Positions 13,768 through 33,300 of a stretch of 64,000 bases of DNA are shown piece after piece. Both the position numbers and the translations under genes were made by a program. The first letter of the stretch is position 1. Each line of letters starts with the position of its first letter. The notes under the pieces were generated by a model. It was not told the DNA's origin and did not search any database. It worked only from the letters and a program-made list of their open reading frames with translations. The DNA comes from Octopus vulgaris. Its lineage: Eukaryota. The stretch is taken from positions 61,628,001 through 61,692,000 of the forward strand of contig OX597815.1 in the NCBI GenBank assembly GCA_951406725.2, read 5' to 3'.

Positions 13768-13852
<85 letters not shown>

Positions 13853-14324
13853 AAAACAGTTATAGTGATCAAGATATGTGAGCACACGCGCGCGCGCACA
13901 CACACACACACACATACACATACACTCACTCATGCATAATGCATTAAAATAAAGTAAAATTGTTACGGATGGTCATACGTTTTGCTATAAAAGATCTGTT
14001 CAAACTAATGACATATCAATCAGTTGTTAAGATTCATCGTGAGAACTACTGGGAGTGGGGAGTATCTATTTGAAGAATGATGGTAAAAGAATTTCGTACT
14101 CTGTTCAGTTTACGATAAAACTTCTTTCTTTTCTTTTTTTTTCCCTTTCTAATGATGAATTCAATTAGTAGAATCAGCAATATTTGTACGAATTCCTTTA
14201 GAGTGAGATATATGGCCACTTTTAACGAATTATTGAAGTTTAATAAGATAGTTTATATTATTCCTGACATCTAACACCGCTTTGACTTTTTATCTGACAA
14301 GTCTTGCTCATAAGTACATATCCA

Positions 14325-14325
<1 letters not shown>

Positions 14326-14408
<83 letters not shown>

Positions 14409-14425
14409 CATCTATCCATCTATCC

Positions 14426-14468
<43 letters not shown>

Positions 14469-14477
14469 CATCTATCC

Positions 14478-14544
<67 letters not shown>

Positions 14545-14545
14545 C

Positions 14546-14615
<70 letters not shown>
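14326..14615. repeat. (ATCT)n microsatellite
   Basis: Read directly; similar GATA arrays at 3370-3490, 13770-13850 and 21840-21925. Confidence 0.95.
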
Positions 14616-15096
14616 TATTCTATCAACTTATCTACCTACACACATCATTTTCACTCTGTCTACCTAACATTATAATTGAATTGCTCTCATTTCCAGTACT
14701 CAGAGTTGCTCGTTTCTAATCTTCCCCCGGTAGACCTAGACTGTTTTTCTTTTGAAATATTGCTTTAAGGGCAACGCAATTTCATGACTCCGATTGCATA
14801 GTTTTTATGACCTCGGGAAGCAGAAATGAAATCAAAAGCGTGAGACAGAAGCAGCCGTTTGTATACGTGTCGTTCACAAAAGATTTTGAAGGAAGAACAT
14901 AATGATTCAGCGCTTCCTTCAAACTCTCATTTCATGTTTCAGAAAATATTCACACCGTGGATATTTTACCGGGTTCGGATTACCTACGGATTATCGGAAA
15001 CGAGCTGCACAGAGTACTGGATACCGGAGACTTCCAGTTATTATATATTAAAGAATACTCTACGTTTGTATTGAGTGCTGCAATTTATTGCTTCTA

Positions 15097-15135
<39 letters not shown>

Positions 15136-15137
15136 AA

Positions 15138-15176
<39 letters not shown>

Positions 15177-15177
<1 letters not shown>

Positions 15178-16185
15178 CGGGAAGCTTTATGAAAATAAAC
15201 AAAAGACGAAGGCAGGTGGAAAACAAACGAACAATTGTATTAGTATGGCGCTCAGGAAATATAAATAAAACAAGTCTTTAACGTTTCGAGCCTACGCTCT
15301 TCAACAGAAAGATACACAGAGAGAGAAAAACACAGAAAGAAGGAGAGAAAAAAAATGCGTGCAGTAGCTAACGAATCAACATGGCGATCTGATTTCGGCC
15401 AGAGGTCAAAGATCAAACATGAGACGCGAGAGCGAAATAAGGGGAGATAATAGGGTTGATAAAAGGGTTGAGGGACCAGCTAAAAGTGTGTGGGAGGGGT
15501 CTGGATGTGTGTATGTATAGGGTTGGTGTATGTATTAGTATGTATAAGGGTGTGTGTGTGTGTGTGTGTGTGTGTATGAGAGAGTATTAGTGCGTAAGAT
15601 TGGTCTGGACGTGCGTATGTATGGGGTTGGTGTATGTATTAGTATGTATTAGTATGTATTAGTACGTATTGGTATGTATAGGTGTGTGTGTGTGTGTGTG
15701 AGAGAGTATAAGTGCGTATGCGGGGTCTGGACGTGTGTATGTATAGGGTTGGTGTAAGTATTAGTATGTACTAGTATGTATTAGTACGTATTAGTAGGTA
15801 TTAGTTGGTGTGTGTATTAGTATGGCACATCATATGTGATGTGATGTGTAAAGTCATGTGGTGTAGTGAGGAGAAGAGGGGAGGGGGAGAAGAGGGGAGG
15901 GAGAGAAGAGGGGGAGAGAAGGGGAGGGGAAGAAGAGGGGGAGGAGAAGGGGAGAGGATAGGATGGGGGAGAAGGAAGGGGATGAGGGGGATGAAGGAGG
16001 AAAGAGGGAGAGGGGGAGAGAGAAGGGGAGAGAGGGAGTGAGGGAGCAGAGGGAAGGGGAAGAGGGAGGGAGAAAGAGGGAAGAAGGGAAGGGGAGTAGG
16101 GGTGAAAGGATGAAGGACTGAAGAAGTAGGGGTCGGGGGAGAAAGGATAGGTGAGGAGGGGGGTGAGGTTAGATGAGGATATATA
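15177..16185 (-). mobile_element. Non-autonomous PLE-type element, family H2 (shorter copies at 5631-5800 and 8211-8400)
   Basis: Shared CTTTCTGT(T/C)GAAGAG(C/T)GTAGGCT(C/A)GAAA motif and T-rich end; includes three ~105-120-bp tandem units (15499-15820) and a purine tract (15865-16180). Confidence 0.6.
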
Positions 16186-16223
16186 TATATACAACACGCG
16201 CACACACATACACAGACAATATA

Positions 16224-16265
<42 letters not shown>

Positions 16266-16534
16266 TAAATAAAACATATGCATATATACATACATATATG
16301 TACGTACCTACCTCTACATGTATATACACACGCATATATGAGTACAGGACACCAAAAAAAAAAAACGTCGAACACGATGAGAAACGAAAACATAGACACA
16401 AACCCAAGGAACTGGACATTTTTCTTAAACAAAAAAAAATACAGTACAGGACAAATAACACAAGGAAAAACCCCTTCTTCAGTCGCCATGGTTTCATCTA
16501 CTCTACGTTTCGAAGGTGAAGGCGAGACGTATCT

Positions 16535-16565
<31 letters not shown>

Positions 16566-16583
16566 GCATACATACATACATAT

Positions 16584-16619
<36 letters not shown>

Positions 16620-16642
16620 GGGTGTACATATATATGTGTGTG

Positions 16643-16683
<41 letters not shown>

Positions 16684-16725
16684 AATATATATATGTATAT
16701 ACATGTGTTTGTGTGTATGTATATG

Positions 16726-16762
<37 letters not shown>

Positions 16763-16765
<3 letters not shown>

Positions 16766-17165
16766 CGCAGGAGTGGCTGTGTGGTAAGTAGCTTGTTTAC
16801 CAACCACATGGTTCCGGGTTCAGTCCCACTGCGTGGCACCTTGGGCAAGTGTCTTCTACTATGGCCTCGGGCCGACCAAAGCCTTGTGAGTGGATTTGGT
16901 AGACGGAAACTGAAAAGAAGCCCGTCGTATATATGTATATATATGCGTGTGTGTGTCTGTGTTTGTACCCCTAGCATTGTTTGACAACCGATGCTGGTTT
17001 GTTTATGTCCCCGTTACTTAGCGGTTCGGCAAAAGAGACCGATAGAATAAGTACTGGGCTTGCAAAAGAATAAGTCCCGGGTTCGAGTTGCTCGATTAAA
17101 GGCGGTGCTCCAGCATGGCCGCAGTCAAATGACTGAAACAAGTAAAAGAGTAAAGAGTAAAAGAG
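16763..17165 (+). mobile_element. tRNA-derived SINE, family 1, full length
   Basis: A box TGGCTGTGTGG, B box GGTTCAGTCC, internal TA/TG microsatellite, tail CCAGCATGGCCGCAGTCAAATGACTGAAAC(AAGTAAAAG)n. Confidence 0.9.
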
Positions 17166-17179
17166 TATATATATATATC

Positions 17180-17682
17180 AGCTACTGGGAAAGACTGAAG
17201 GTATTAAACCTCTTCTCCTTAGAGCGGAGGCGGGAGAGATATGCGGTGATATACATCTGGAAAATCCTGGAGGGTCTTGTCCCAAATTTTGGCATTCAAA
17301 GTTACCCCAACCGCAGAACGGGGCGCCGCTGCGTGGTGCCAAGGATTCCAACATCACCATCAAAATACAGGTCCAGATACTGCAACAGCTTGGGTTTCAG
17401 AGGACCACAGCTCTTTAACATCCTCCCTAAATGCCTGAGAGACTTACATGGTGTGGATGTGGGTTTCTTTAAAACTAAACTGGATCTCTTCTTGTCGGGA
17501 GTCCCAGATGAACCTACCTCACGACAGGAGACACAGATGCGGGCAGCAGCATCGAACCCCCTTGTTGATCAAGTGCCACGTATCAGAGGTGGATTCACAA
17601 ATTAGTGTAGCTCATTCAGCGGTGGTGCCCCAGCATGGCCGCGGCCTTCGGGCTAAAACATTTTTAAGGATTTAAGGATTTA
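17180..17682 (+). mobile_element. 5'-truncated CR1/L2-group LINE: ORF2 C-terminus and 3' UTR
   Basis: YWERLKVLNLFSLERRRER...PQLFNILP...FFKTKLD; stop at 17605; (TTTAAGGA)n tail. Confidence 0.85.
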
Positions 17683-18134
17683 TATGTATGCATAGGCATA
17701 TACTTATAGACAGAAATTTACATACACAAACACTAACACACGCACAATTTAATACACATGCATGCAAGAATTTGAAAACATATTTACATATATATTACGA
17801 ATTAAAATATGGATATATTTTGCATATGCTATGTACTGAGTGTGTGTGTGTGTTTTATGTATATATATAATCAGTATTTACTCATATATGTACACATATA
17901 CATATACATACATATATATACACATATGTATATTGATATATATATACATGTATATGTGTGTGTTTGTATATATATGTATCTCTCTCTCCCTCCCTCCTCT
18001 CTCTCCCCCCTCTCTCTACACACACATGCATAAATGCAATATAGTAATCTATAAAATATGAGTTTTAATATCTTAAAATAGATACGTAAATTTATATATA
18101 TATACATATATATATATATATACATATATGTATA

Positions 18135-18190
<56 letters not shown>

Positions 18191-18312
18191 TGTCTATGTA
18201 TATATGTATATATGTATATATGTATATATACACATACACATATGTTAGTGTGTTTGTGTGTGCGTGTGTGCGTATATATATATACATATATATATATATA
18301 TGCATATGTATA

Positions 18313-18385
<73 letters not shown>

Positions 18386-18398
18386 GCATATGTATATA

Positions 18399-18438
<40 letters not shown>

Positions 18439-18641
18439 TCATGGATTATTTAAAATAATTGTGCAAGAAAATTGAGCAGGAAGGTGTATGGATACAGGAA
18501 GGAGAATCAAATGAGTGTATGCTAATTCCTGGCGTCAGGATAGGTGTCGGGTATGTAGTGGATAGAGATGTGGTAGTAGGTACATACTCATGTATATAAG
18601 AGTGTGTGTATGTGATGGTGACGTCCTGTACCCATATATGC

Positions 18642-18810
<169 letters not shown>

Positions 18811-19168
18811 AGTACATATGTATGGAAGAAAGAAAAGAGGTACGTAAATACGGAGGTAGGTATATATATGTGAATACACGTGCGATGAACATTTCACAAA
18901 CACACACACACACACACACGTACACACACACACACGTACACACACACACACTCATATACACATACATATATACATGCATACACCCAAGTATGCATTTATC
19001 TGTTTACACACAACAAAAAATAACATACAAACAGACACAAACAAAATACATACATGCACGCGCGCGCCAGTGTGTATGTGTGTGTGTACACTCACATATA
19101 GGGATGGAAGAACAAGGAAGGAGTTAAATTGATTACATGTTAAACTTAGAAGGGAATGGAAGGAGAGA

Positions 19169-19219
<51 letters not shown>

Positions 19220-19277
19220 ATATAATATAATATAATATATATGTATATATGTGTATGTGAGTATCTATATATGGAGA

Positions 19278-19357
<80 letters not shown>

Positions 19358-19559
19358 CTTCTCCACCACTGCCTTCAAGCCTCATTGTCTAACTCTCCCT
19401 CTCTCGCTCTCTCTCTATTTCTCTTCCTGTCATCCTTCCCTTTTTTTCCTCCCTCTTTCTATGTGTACACCTCAATATGCATTGCCTCCCTGTTTCATGT
19501 TTTTTCTTTAATCTAAAATAATTTTTGCACTCCTACACTTTATCATATGTACATATATA

Positions 19560-19613
<54 letters not shown>

Positions 19614-19744
19614 CATATATACATATATATAAGTACGTATGTATATGTGTGTAGGTATATATATTTATGGTACATTACATATGATACATATATAATATAT
19701 ATGTTATGTATATATTATAGATATGCTAATATGTATTATATATT

Positions 19745-19935
19745 TCTTTATTACCCACAAGGGGCTAAACACAGAGGGGACAAACAAGGACAGACAAACG
19801 GATCGACCCCAATGCGTAACTGGTACTTAATTTATCGACCCCGAAAGGATGAAATTTGAACTCGGAACGTAACGATAGACGAACTACGGCTATGCATTTC
19901 GCCCGACGTGCTAACGTTTCTGCCAGCTCGCCGCT
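19745..19935 (-). mobile_element. tRNA-derived SINE, family 3 (also 37880-37960 -, 53800-53990 +, 56060-56175 -)
   Basis: Head GGCGAGCTGGCAGAAACGTTAGCACG...GAGTTCAAAT; body TCCTTTCGGGGTCGATAAA. Confidence 0.75.
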
Positions 19936-20194
19936 TTTAAACGTTATATATTATATGTTATGTGTATTATATATATTACATATATTTGATGTATGTGTAA
20001 TATAGTATAAATATAATTTTTATTGCATGTTATAAATATATATGATATATAATATATATATGTAATATATAGTATATATATTGTATATTAAACAAATATT
20101 ATATATATAATATATATATATACATATATATACAAATATATACGTATTTATATACATATATAAAATATATACATATATATATAAGATATATATA

Positions 20195-21036
<842 letters not shown>

Positions 21037-21082
21037 AACTTAGATAAACTTAGATATGTTTCGACCAGGCCATGTATCTCTC

Positions 21083-21461
21083 TCTATATAAACGGCAGTT
21101 TGTCTGTGCGTGTTTCTGTGTGTCTGTTTGCTTGTACCCTCACCCTGACCACGGCTTTCAACCGATTCTGATGAAACTTGACACACACATAGCCCAATGT
21201 CATAATTCAAAACTAACGCAGCGAAAATTTTGAAAAGTTCCCCCAGTTCTGAAAAAGAACGATAAATTCGACATGGGGTCGAGAATCAGGAATACGAACC
21301 ACAAACTGTCTAGGGGACGCAACTCCACCTTTTTTAAATCTCAAAAAAAAATTTACCATCATTTTTTTCCATTTTTTTGCTATTTTTTGGCTATAACTCT
21401 CTAAAAATGCTATATAGTTATTTCCCTTACAAACCTGAGCAACGCCGGGCGATACTGCTAG
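21083..21461 (+). mobile_element. Non-autonomous Helitron
   Basis: 5' TCTATATA; 3' hairpin GAGCAACGCCGG followed by CTAG|T; second copy at 47080. Confidence 0.8.
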
Positions 21462-21519
21462 TCTTATATATATATATGTATATATTTTATATATATATGT
21501 ATATAAATACGTATATATT

Positions 21520-21736
21520 TCAGTATGTGGCCTCGTGAGTACCACCGGCGATTTTTTTTTCCCTCTGTCTTCCCTTCTCGGGATCTTTCTTTCTCCTATG
21601 TTTCCGACGAAGAGCTCCGCTCGAAACGTTAAACCCTCCTTCTTCCCTTCTTTCCTGATCGTCCAATAATACTTTATTTGTTCCACGTCCTCGCGTTGCT
21701 GTGTGTTTTTTTTTTTGTGTTTTCTTGTTTGGATTA

Positions 21737-21741
<5 letters not shown>
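21520..21741 (+). mobile_element. H1-related element 3' end (partial minus copy at 45277-45367)
   Basis: TTTCCGACGAAGAGCTCCGCTCGAAACGTT...GTTTGGATTAACTT(TA)n. Confidence 0.65.
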
Positions 21742-21795
<54 letters not shown>

Positions 21796-21846
21796 ATGCT
21801 TATGCGTATGTATATACTATTTATACAGGAACAGTCAGACAGACAG

Positions 21847-21923
<77 letters not shown>

Positions 21924-22959
21924 CATAGAAAACAGAGAGCGCTCCTTGTGGCGGGATGTGTGACTGCTTGTATGAATGTGCGCATTTTCCTGTGTGGTGG
22001 TTTGTACGCGTTATTGCCTATGTGTTAATGTGTGTCTGTATGTGTTCATGCGTGTGGTGTTTGATATGTTAGTGTGTATATATGTGTGTTTGAAATAAAT
22101 TAAAATTTGATACAGAGAATAAATTTTAAAAACTGGAGTGATGAAGGTGGGTGAGGTAGGTGTGTGGAGGTGTGAGTAATAAATTAACGGGGCAGGGGAG
22201 AAAGAGAGAAAGAAGAACGAGAGGGAACATGATATAATGAGAGAGAGAGAGAAAATGAGAGGTGATAAAGATCTGAAGCGACTCAAAAGAGGAAACGAGA
22301 GTGTAGCTTGAGAGAGAGAGAGAGTGAGATAGAGGAGAAAGACAGTAACAGAGACGGAGAGAGACCGAAGGATGTGTTCGTGTGTCCGGTATGCTTGTGT
22401 GAGAGTGAGTGCAGGCTGTGTATGCATATATGTGTATGTGCGTGTTTTGTGTGCATGTGTGTGTGTGTGTGTGAATCGTGAATAGAGGAAGCCAGGAGTG
22501 AAGGAGGAGAAGAAAAACAGAACGAGAGCGTGAGAGAGGGGAACCCGGTCGGGGAGTGGAGTATTAGATGGGGCTGGTGGGGAGAATTGTAGTAAAGTTG
22601 ATGGCGGTGGTGGTGACAGGAAGGTGAAGTGGTACGAGCGACGGAGCGGTGGAGGAGATGATTCGTTCAAGTGAAGGAGGGGATGGTGGTGAAGGGGAAA
22701 TGTCTCGCTACGGGTGAAAGTGTGATGCGGGGAGGAGAAGTAATACGTGTGACGGGAATGGTGGGGAAGGAAAGTTTTTGGGTTTTTTTTTTTTTCTTTT
22801 GTTTTGTATTAGGTTTTGGTTTTGTGATTATATTTTGCCATTTTTTTCTTCTCCGCCGCTCGGTCTCATCTCTCGTTTGTCTGTCTCCTCCTCCTCCGCC
22901 TCCATCCCTCACTGCCTCCTGCCGTGCGTGTCAGATCAGATAGACGAGAACAGCGTCTA

Positions 22960-27573
<4,614 letters not shown>

Positions 27574-28224
27574 GCAGAAGGGCGGTAAGTAGGAGAGAAG
27601 GGGAGGTTGGAAGGTGAGAGAAGGTGATAGGGAGAAAGGCGGGCAGGGGTAGGGGAGAAACGGTGATGGAGTGAGCGGTATGGAAGGGGAGTTATGGGGG
27701 CGTTATATGTGTGTGTGGTGAGCATGACGATGTGAGGGGTTTAACTATTGACGGAGACGACTAATGCGTCGGTGGTGGTGGCGGTTGTGGAGGTAACGGC
27801 GGAGAGTGGCGGCGGTGTGTGATGTGTTACTGGTGGCAGTGGTGTTGATGGAGAAGAAACGAACTGATGGAGGAAAAAAAATAAATAAATAAATAAATAA
27901 ATAAATAGATAAATAAATAAAATAAAAATATAAATATATAAACGAGAAAGAAAATAAAAAAAATATAATAATGATGGAAAGAAGGAAAAAAAGAAGTATA
28001 AGGGAAAGGAAGTGATGTATATGGCGGCGGTGGCGATGGTGCCGAAGGGAGAGAATTCTAGTGGGGATGGCGGCGGTGATGTTTCTCTGCAATGTGTATG
28101 AATACGACTATGTGTACCTATGTATGTATATCCGTCTGTACGTGTCCATATAGGCGTGTGTGCGTGTCTGTGTATCTTTTCGTATATGACTGTGTATAGG
28201 CGACTGTGAATATATATATACATA

Positions 28225-28299
<75 letters not shown>

Positions 28300-29619
28300 G
28301 TGTGCGTATATGTGTTAGTGTCTGCATATGTGTGTCCCTGAATGTGTGTGTGTGAATGTATGTTTACCGAAATATGGTTGTAGACGTAATAGGTGTGATG
28401 GTAGTAGCAGCGGTGGTGTTTGTTGTGCTAAGACGATGGTGGAGACGTGATGAAGGTAGTAGTGGTAGTGGCGACGGTGGTGGTTATAATGCATGATGAT
28501 GGTAGTGGTGGCACGGAGCAGTGTTGTTTTTTATATAATTTTTTTAATGTTATTACTATGGTAGAGATGGTGGCTCTGTTTGCTGTGGAGATGGGGATGT
28601 TGAGGAAGTGTTATTGGTGGTGATGGTGGTGGTGGTGGCGACGGTGATTGCGATAAGCTGTTACTAATGCTAGTGGTGGCGACGCAGAGAGAGAGCCAGA
28701 ACGATATTTACCAAGATGGTGGGTGATAAAGACACGGGTAGCGGTGGTGGGGTGTCAGTAAGGGTGGCCATGTTTATGATACGATGCTTATGTTGAAGGT
28801 GGCGGTGGGAGAGGAAATAATGATAGCGATGCGATGACGGCGACGACGACGAGGATGGCTGCGGTGTTTACGATGTTTATTGGTAAGAGCGAGTTTTGTG
28901 GGAGCGGCAGGGAAGAGTTGGGGTTACGGGTTACGGCAGTGGCAGAATGGCGGAGTTGGCGGCGATGGCAGCGACGGCAGCAATGGCGGAGGTAGGGGTG
29001 GATGAGGCTGGGGGTGGTGACGGTGGCAGCAAGGGGGGTAAAAGGCAGTAAGTGGTGGTGGCGATGATGATGATGATAATGTTGATGGTGATGGCGACGG
29101 TGAACACCACCACCACCACCACCACCACCACCATCATCATCATTACAAATCAGTAGTGAGAACGATAATTCGGTGGTTAAAATGGAGGCGATGACACTTT
29201 GCTACGACAGTGGAGAAAGTGGGTGGTGGCGGCTGTTGTTGTTTATCTGATAACGGCGGCGGCGGCGGCGGCGACGGTGGTGGTGGTGACAGCGGTAAAC
29301 TTTAAGATGGACAGATTGACAGACAGGTAAATGAAAGGCATATAAAAAGGGAGGTGGGGAGAGGGAGAAAACTAAATGAATAGAAAGAAGAGACAAGGAA
29401 AGGGGGGGAAACTGACGGAGAGAGACAGTAAGAAAGAAAGAAAGAGAGTAAGAAAGAACCTGTAGAGGGAAAGAAGGAAAAGAGATGTTTGGACGAAAGA
29501 AAGAGAGAAAGTTTTAATGGCGGTGGTGGTGATGGTGGTGATGGTGGGGTAAATCGAATGAACAGCAAAATAAGGTAGAGAAAACGCGAGTGAATCTGTA
29601 TGTATGAATGTGTGTATGA

Positions 29620-29659
<40 letters not shown>

Positions 29660-29943
29660 TTTAGTGTGAGGAATGAATGACTGAATTAGTGAGAGAGAGA
29701 GAGAGAGAGAAAAGTTGGAAACAGAAGAGAGATGTATAGAGAGAAAAGAAGGGCGATAGAGTGATGGATAGAAGGAGAGAGCGCGCGAAAGTGAAAAGAG
29801 GCAAAAGAAGAGAGAGAGAGTTAAAGGAATAAAGAGAGAGAGAAAGTTAGATTGTGGAGTTTCTCTATCAGATGATGTCGACACAACGTCAGTGGTCGGT
29901 TGGTGTGTAGGGTTTTTTCCAGTGAAATATTGTGGTTGGGAGA

Positions 29944-29953
29944 GATATAAGGG
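29944..29953 (+). promoter_or_regulatory. Possible TATA-like element
   Basis: TATAAGG just before the G-rich to C-rich strand switch, ~400 nt upstream of the ATG. Confidence 0.25.
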
Positions 29954-30344
29954 GGGAGGGAGAAGAGGAGGAAGATTGCTTCCCCCCACCGTCAGACTTC
30001 TTCAACCCTTGCCCGACACACAAACAGGCGCACCACACATACAACTAGCATCATCATTATCAACATCATCTTTGTCGTTGTCATTATCGTCATCAGCAGC
30101 AGTAGCAACACCACCAGCTTCCTTATATACACAATCATCATCATCACCATCAGCTGCAGCGCTTTCGTTGCCGTCTCATCGCTACCCTCGTCATCGTCGC
30201 CGTTGTTGCAGCCGCCACCGGCGCCGCCGCCACCACCACCACCACCACCGCCACCGCCACCGCCGCTGCCGCCGCCGTCGTCGTCGTCATATCGTCGCTG
30301 TTATCGTCATCGTCATCGTCGTCGTTATTCATTCGTTTGCAACA

Positions 30345-33300
30345 ATGGGAAGAAAGCTTCACAACAACAGCGCGTGTAAACGGCACAACAGCAACATCGC
30401 CGCTGCCGCCGCCGCCGCCGCCGCCCCAGCCACCATCACCACTACCACCACCACCACCACCACTACCACAGCCGCCACTAGCATCACGACAACATCAAAC
30501 AACAATAAGAACACTACGGCGAACAACAACAATAACTCAATGACGGATATTATGATCAACAACAACAACCACACTGTAACTACAACAACAGCAACTACTG
30601 CTACTGACACTTCTACTACCACCACTACTACTACAAGAAGCCGCAAGAACAACAACAAAAACAACAACAGTTGTAATACTGTTACTCCTACTACTACTAC
30701 TGCTACGAATATAACTACGAGAACGCGGAGTAGCCGCAACAACAACAACAACAACAACTGCAACAGCAATAATAGTGAGTACAATATCAACAATAACAAA
30801 CACAAAAACAAGAAAATAAAAAAAAATACGCACAACATTAAAAAGAAGAGGAAAACAAACAACAACAATACCAACGGCACCAGCAACAGGTTGTTGAACA
30901 AACAGTATTTAACACCGTCACCCCCACCCACCCCACCAACTCCGACACCGGTCGGTGGTGAGAGTGGGGTGGTCTGCGGTGATGGTGGGGAGGATGACCA
31001 ACGGCAAACTTCACCATCTTCATCATCACCACAACCAGCATCATCGTCAACAACAAACGCATCAATATTATCGCCACAGCCATCAACACCAGCACCAACA
31101 CAGCCGTCACCGCCTCCATCATCATCCCTATCAACTGTCAGCCTATCCGAATATGGCCACCACCATTGCTTTACTGTCACTACCGTTGTCTCACCTTTGA
31201 CCTCCAGTCGTCACTCTCCAGGCGGTCTGTTCTCCACCCCACTCGCTACCGATGTCACCCCTGTCCATGTCACCCCTGTCCATGTCGCCACCATTGTTGA
31301 TCCACACACCGCCACCACCACCGCCGCTGATTCCTGTATATCTTCTTTATTAACTACTACTAATACTACTTCTACAACTACTACTGCTGCCGCTACCACT
31401 ACTGCTCCTGCAACTTCAGCATCAACAGGAGAAGAAGAGGCTTTCATACCTGCCGCATCTCCTGCAGTCACAGCGTCAACATCGTCAACAGCAACAACAG
31501 CAACAATAACAAGAAGTACAAGAAAAACTAGGAAAACACCAGCAACAACTGTATTGTCATCTGTGTCATCATCATCATCATCATCATCATCTACGGCAGT
31601 ACAACACACCGCCACCACCAACAGAGCCACCACAAGGGATTGGAGTGCAGCAGTAGCAGCCAGGACAGCGGTCATTGCCACCGTCGACACCACCACTACC
31701 ACCACCACTATCGACACCACTGCCACAGTCGTCGTCGCTCCGTCTGTGTCCACCACTGAAGAAGGCGACAGCGGTCGCACTAAAGTTTCTGTTGTCCACC
31801 CTACCACCACTACCACCGCCACCGACGCCCTCCCTCCTGTTACCACCACTGCTACTACTAATATTACTACTAATACTACTGATAGTGCTAATAGTAATAT
31901 CTCTCATACCAGAACGTCTGTCGTCGCTATTGGCGACGGTGACAACCTCGCCTCTACCTCAACCCCAACGCCCAGCCCCTCTACCCGACACACTGATAAC
32001 ACTTTAACGTCGTCTACCCACGAAAACAAACAATATTACACCACCACCACTAACAACAACAATATTGACAATACAAACACCAGCGCCACCAGCAACAGTA
32101 GCATCATCATCACAAACAACAGCTACTACAACATCACTGTTGACAACACCAGTAACAGTTCTGTCGCCGCCACCACCACCGCCACCACCACCGCCACCAC
32201 CACCGCCACCACCGCCACCACCGCCACTAACAGCAACAACCACAACAACAGTTACCAAAACTCTTGTGACAAAATACAGAAACAACAACAACAACAAGTA
32301 AGAGCAACAACATATAAAAGTGTGAATCCCCACCATCACCACCAGCAATACCTGCATCACCGTAATTACCCGCACCCGTATCTTCGCTACCCGAACAACC
32401 CTTATCAAAAACAACAACAACAACAGCAATTACACCATCACTATCTTCAGCAGCAGCAGCAGCAACAACAACAACAACAACAACAGCAAGAATCGCTGCA
32501 GCTCGTTGGCAGAGGGTTAAAGATCACAGCTAGTTTCGAAAGCTCGTCCACGCTCACCACCACCGGCACCACCTCAACTACTTTCAGTAACAACAACAAC
32601 ATCGGTAATATTAACAACCGCTCTAGCCATCACCATCACCATCATTACCCTCAACAGATTCAGTTTCAACCTCACATCAACAACAAAAACAATAACAGTG
32701 GTGACAGTGGCGTCACCACTAACATCGCTACCACTGCAACAACCAACACCAACAACAATAATACCATCGCCACCAATACTGTCATCACCACCCCAACCCC
32801 CGACACCCCGTACCACTTCCATCATCATCACAACAACAGCAACAATCGTTTACTCCTGCAAACTCCCCAGTATCACCACAAGCACCACCATCGGCAGCAA
32901 CACGACCTTCATCACCACCACGTTCACCATCATCAGCACCACACCACCACCACCGCTACTCCCGCCTCCGCTGCCACCACTACCACTACCAAGAATAACA
33001 ACAACAACGTCAGCAACGTCAGCAGCAGCTTACTGTCATCTGGATTGGAGGTTACCCGCAGTTGTTCACCCGACAAATGCACAAACCACGCTAGGCGACC
33101 GCCGTCACCGTCAACAGTTGGGGTGGGGAACAATTATTTGAAGGGACCGGTCACTACCACCACTGCTGCCGCGGCGGCTATTGTCAGCAAAACAATAGCC
33201 CCGGCTGCCACCACCATCACCACCACAACCACCACCAATACGACTTATAATAAGAACTGCAACAACCATTACTACTGCCGCGACAACAATAACATTAACA

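Noticed and set aside
15499-15820. CRISPR-like spaced repeats
   Set aside because: Degenerate tandem units with microsatellite spacers in eukaryotic DNA; no cas genes.
29892-30344. GTG-initiated extension of the 2256-aa ORF, including an apparent hydrophobic segment
   Set aside because: Non-ATG start; the IVAVIVIV run is (ATC/GTC)n, so this is more likely 5' UTR.
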